From Mobula hypostoma (lineage: Eukaryota): DNA of 64,000 bases. Where the stretch lies: contig NC_086108.1 in NCBI RefSeq assembly GCF_963921235.1, positions 40,612,001 through 40,676,000 of the forward strand, read 5' to 3'. Below are positions 62,680-64,000 of this stretch, piece by piece. The position numbers and the translations under genes were made by a program. The stretch's first letter is position 1; every line of letters begins with the position of its first letter. The notes beneath the pieces were generated by a model. That model saw only the letters and a list, made by a program, of their open reading frames with translations. It had not been told where the DNA came from and ran no database searches.

Positions 62680-64000
62680 AAGTTGATTACCTACAAGATA
62701 GAGGAAGCAGGAAGCCAATGAGATTTTAACCACCTGGTCTCATTTGAAAACAATGTCCTTCTCATCTACAGAGTCTTAGCCATAACAAGTTCCAGCTAAG
62801 TGGTCAGGCTTGTGAAAAGAATAGGTTAACGGCTCAGGCCAAAAGTGACCACACAGTCCCAGTTCAGCTAGTCAGTAAGGTCTGGCCTCACAAGAACAAC
62901 GACTCTCTTTTATTCAGGTCAGCTCCAATGCAGCAAGTGAAAACACTATGCTGGCTTTACTGACCCAGATGCAGTCACAATGACACCAAGTACCCTCAGA
63001 CATGAAGACACTCCAGCTTGCATGGTCCAATCTTGCCAAGAGCTTCACCTGTCTGCCCAAAACTACAGGTAACAGTTGCCAGCAATCAGCACTTGAGTGA
63101 GCTGCAAAGGTGCTCATTCATAATAGCCGTTCTACCATCTTGTGCAGGAGTAAAACTGACTATGTTTCATAAGTGCAGACAGAGAACAAAGGCCATAATA
63201 ATTCATCCAACTGTGTTTGAAGTTACAATGCTGCTTGTGGTGCAAGCAAGATGTGTCTATCATGATAAATTACTGAGGTGAGCCAGCAGTGACTCATTTT
63301 TGTAAAGGCTCAGAGAGCAGAAGGAACAACAGATGTGCTCTCTGAAGACTCCTCAACTTGTGTCTGTTCCCAGAGACCTCCACACACCTCTGGAAGTGTG
63401 ACAGTGCTCAGGTGATGGGGTTGACAGCCGAGCCAAATGACGTGACCTCAGGGGTGTGCTTGCTCTGCACAGGAACCCCTCCTGAGACTCTTCAAGCAAA
63501 ATACAGACACTGTGTCTGCAGGAAAAATTTAAAAAACAGCAACTAGGGGATCAGCTGCAGCCAACAGCATCAAACATCAATTGTACAATCCAGGGTCATT
63601 TACTAGGTGTGGGATTGGAGCTAATGGAAAATGGAGACACACAGAAGTTTCATATGTCTGTAGGCTGTTGCTTTTGATACTCTTAGACCCCACCCCTCCC
63701 CACACAACCCTTCATTGATCCATTTTTAGCTAATGACATTAAACTTTGATGGCTTTAGTTTCCAAGTCCATCTTCTCCCACTTCCTGGACTGTATTAAGG
63801 TAGTTACAGGTTTCAGACAACACAAATCCAGCCACAGAGACATAAACAGATTAAAATCATAGATCTACATCTGGAATGAAATGAAATATATCTACACGGT
63901 GAGACGTCCATTTACAATTCTCTCCAACATCGAAGATGGTTGAGAAGCAGAGGGTGCAATACATTGCAATCTCTGTCGATGGTGCACGCCATCCTGCATT

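Noticed and set aside
1..64000. CRISPR arrays, tRNA/rRNA genes, prokaryotic operons
   Set aside because: Vertebrate DNA with no regularly spaced repeats. tRNA-like boxes occur only in SINE heads and do not form full cloverleaves.

Overview
Repeat-rich, non-coding vertebrate genomic DNA. The repeat spectrum (CR1, Rex1/Babar, Penelope-like, Tc1, tRNA/Deu SINEs) suggests a cartilaginous fish such as a ray or shark; this is an inference. No intact host protein-coding exon was recognised. The only clear host genes are a minus-strand miR-181a/miR-181b cluster (34943-35237). There is also a CpG-rich promoter/enhancer-like island at about 10.6-11.7 kb. The most unusual element is a complete non-autonomous Gypsy LTR retrotransposon at 47163-51233. 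It has twin ~690 bp LTRs, a CATG target-site duplication, a degenerate tRNA-Pro PBS, a PPT, a PNMA-like gag and a GGGAAAC -1 frameshift site. Its RNaseH/integrase core has been replaced, in frame, by an intronless, internally deleted piece of a sarcomeric myosin heavy chain rod (MYH16-like). The window also holds a four-level nested TE stack inside a Tc1 element, and many Penelope-terminal insertions carrying minimal hammerhead ribozyme motifs. All homology calls come from recalled motifs, not database searches.
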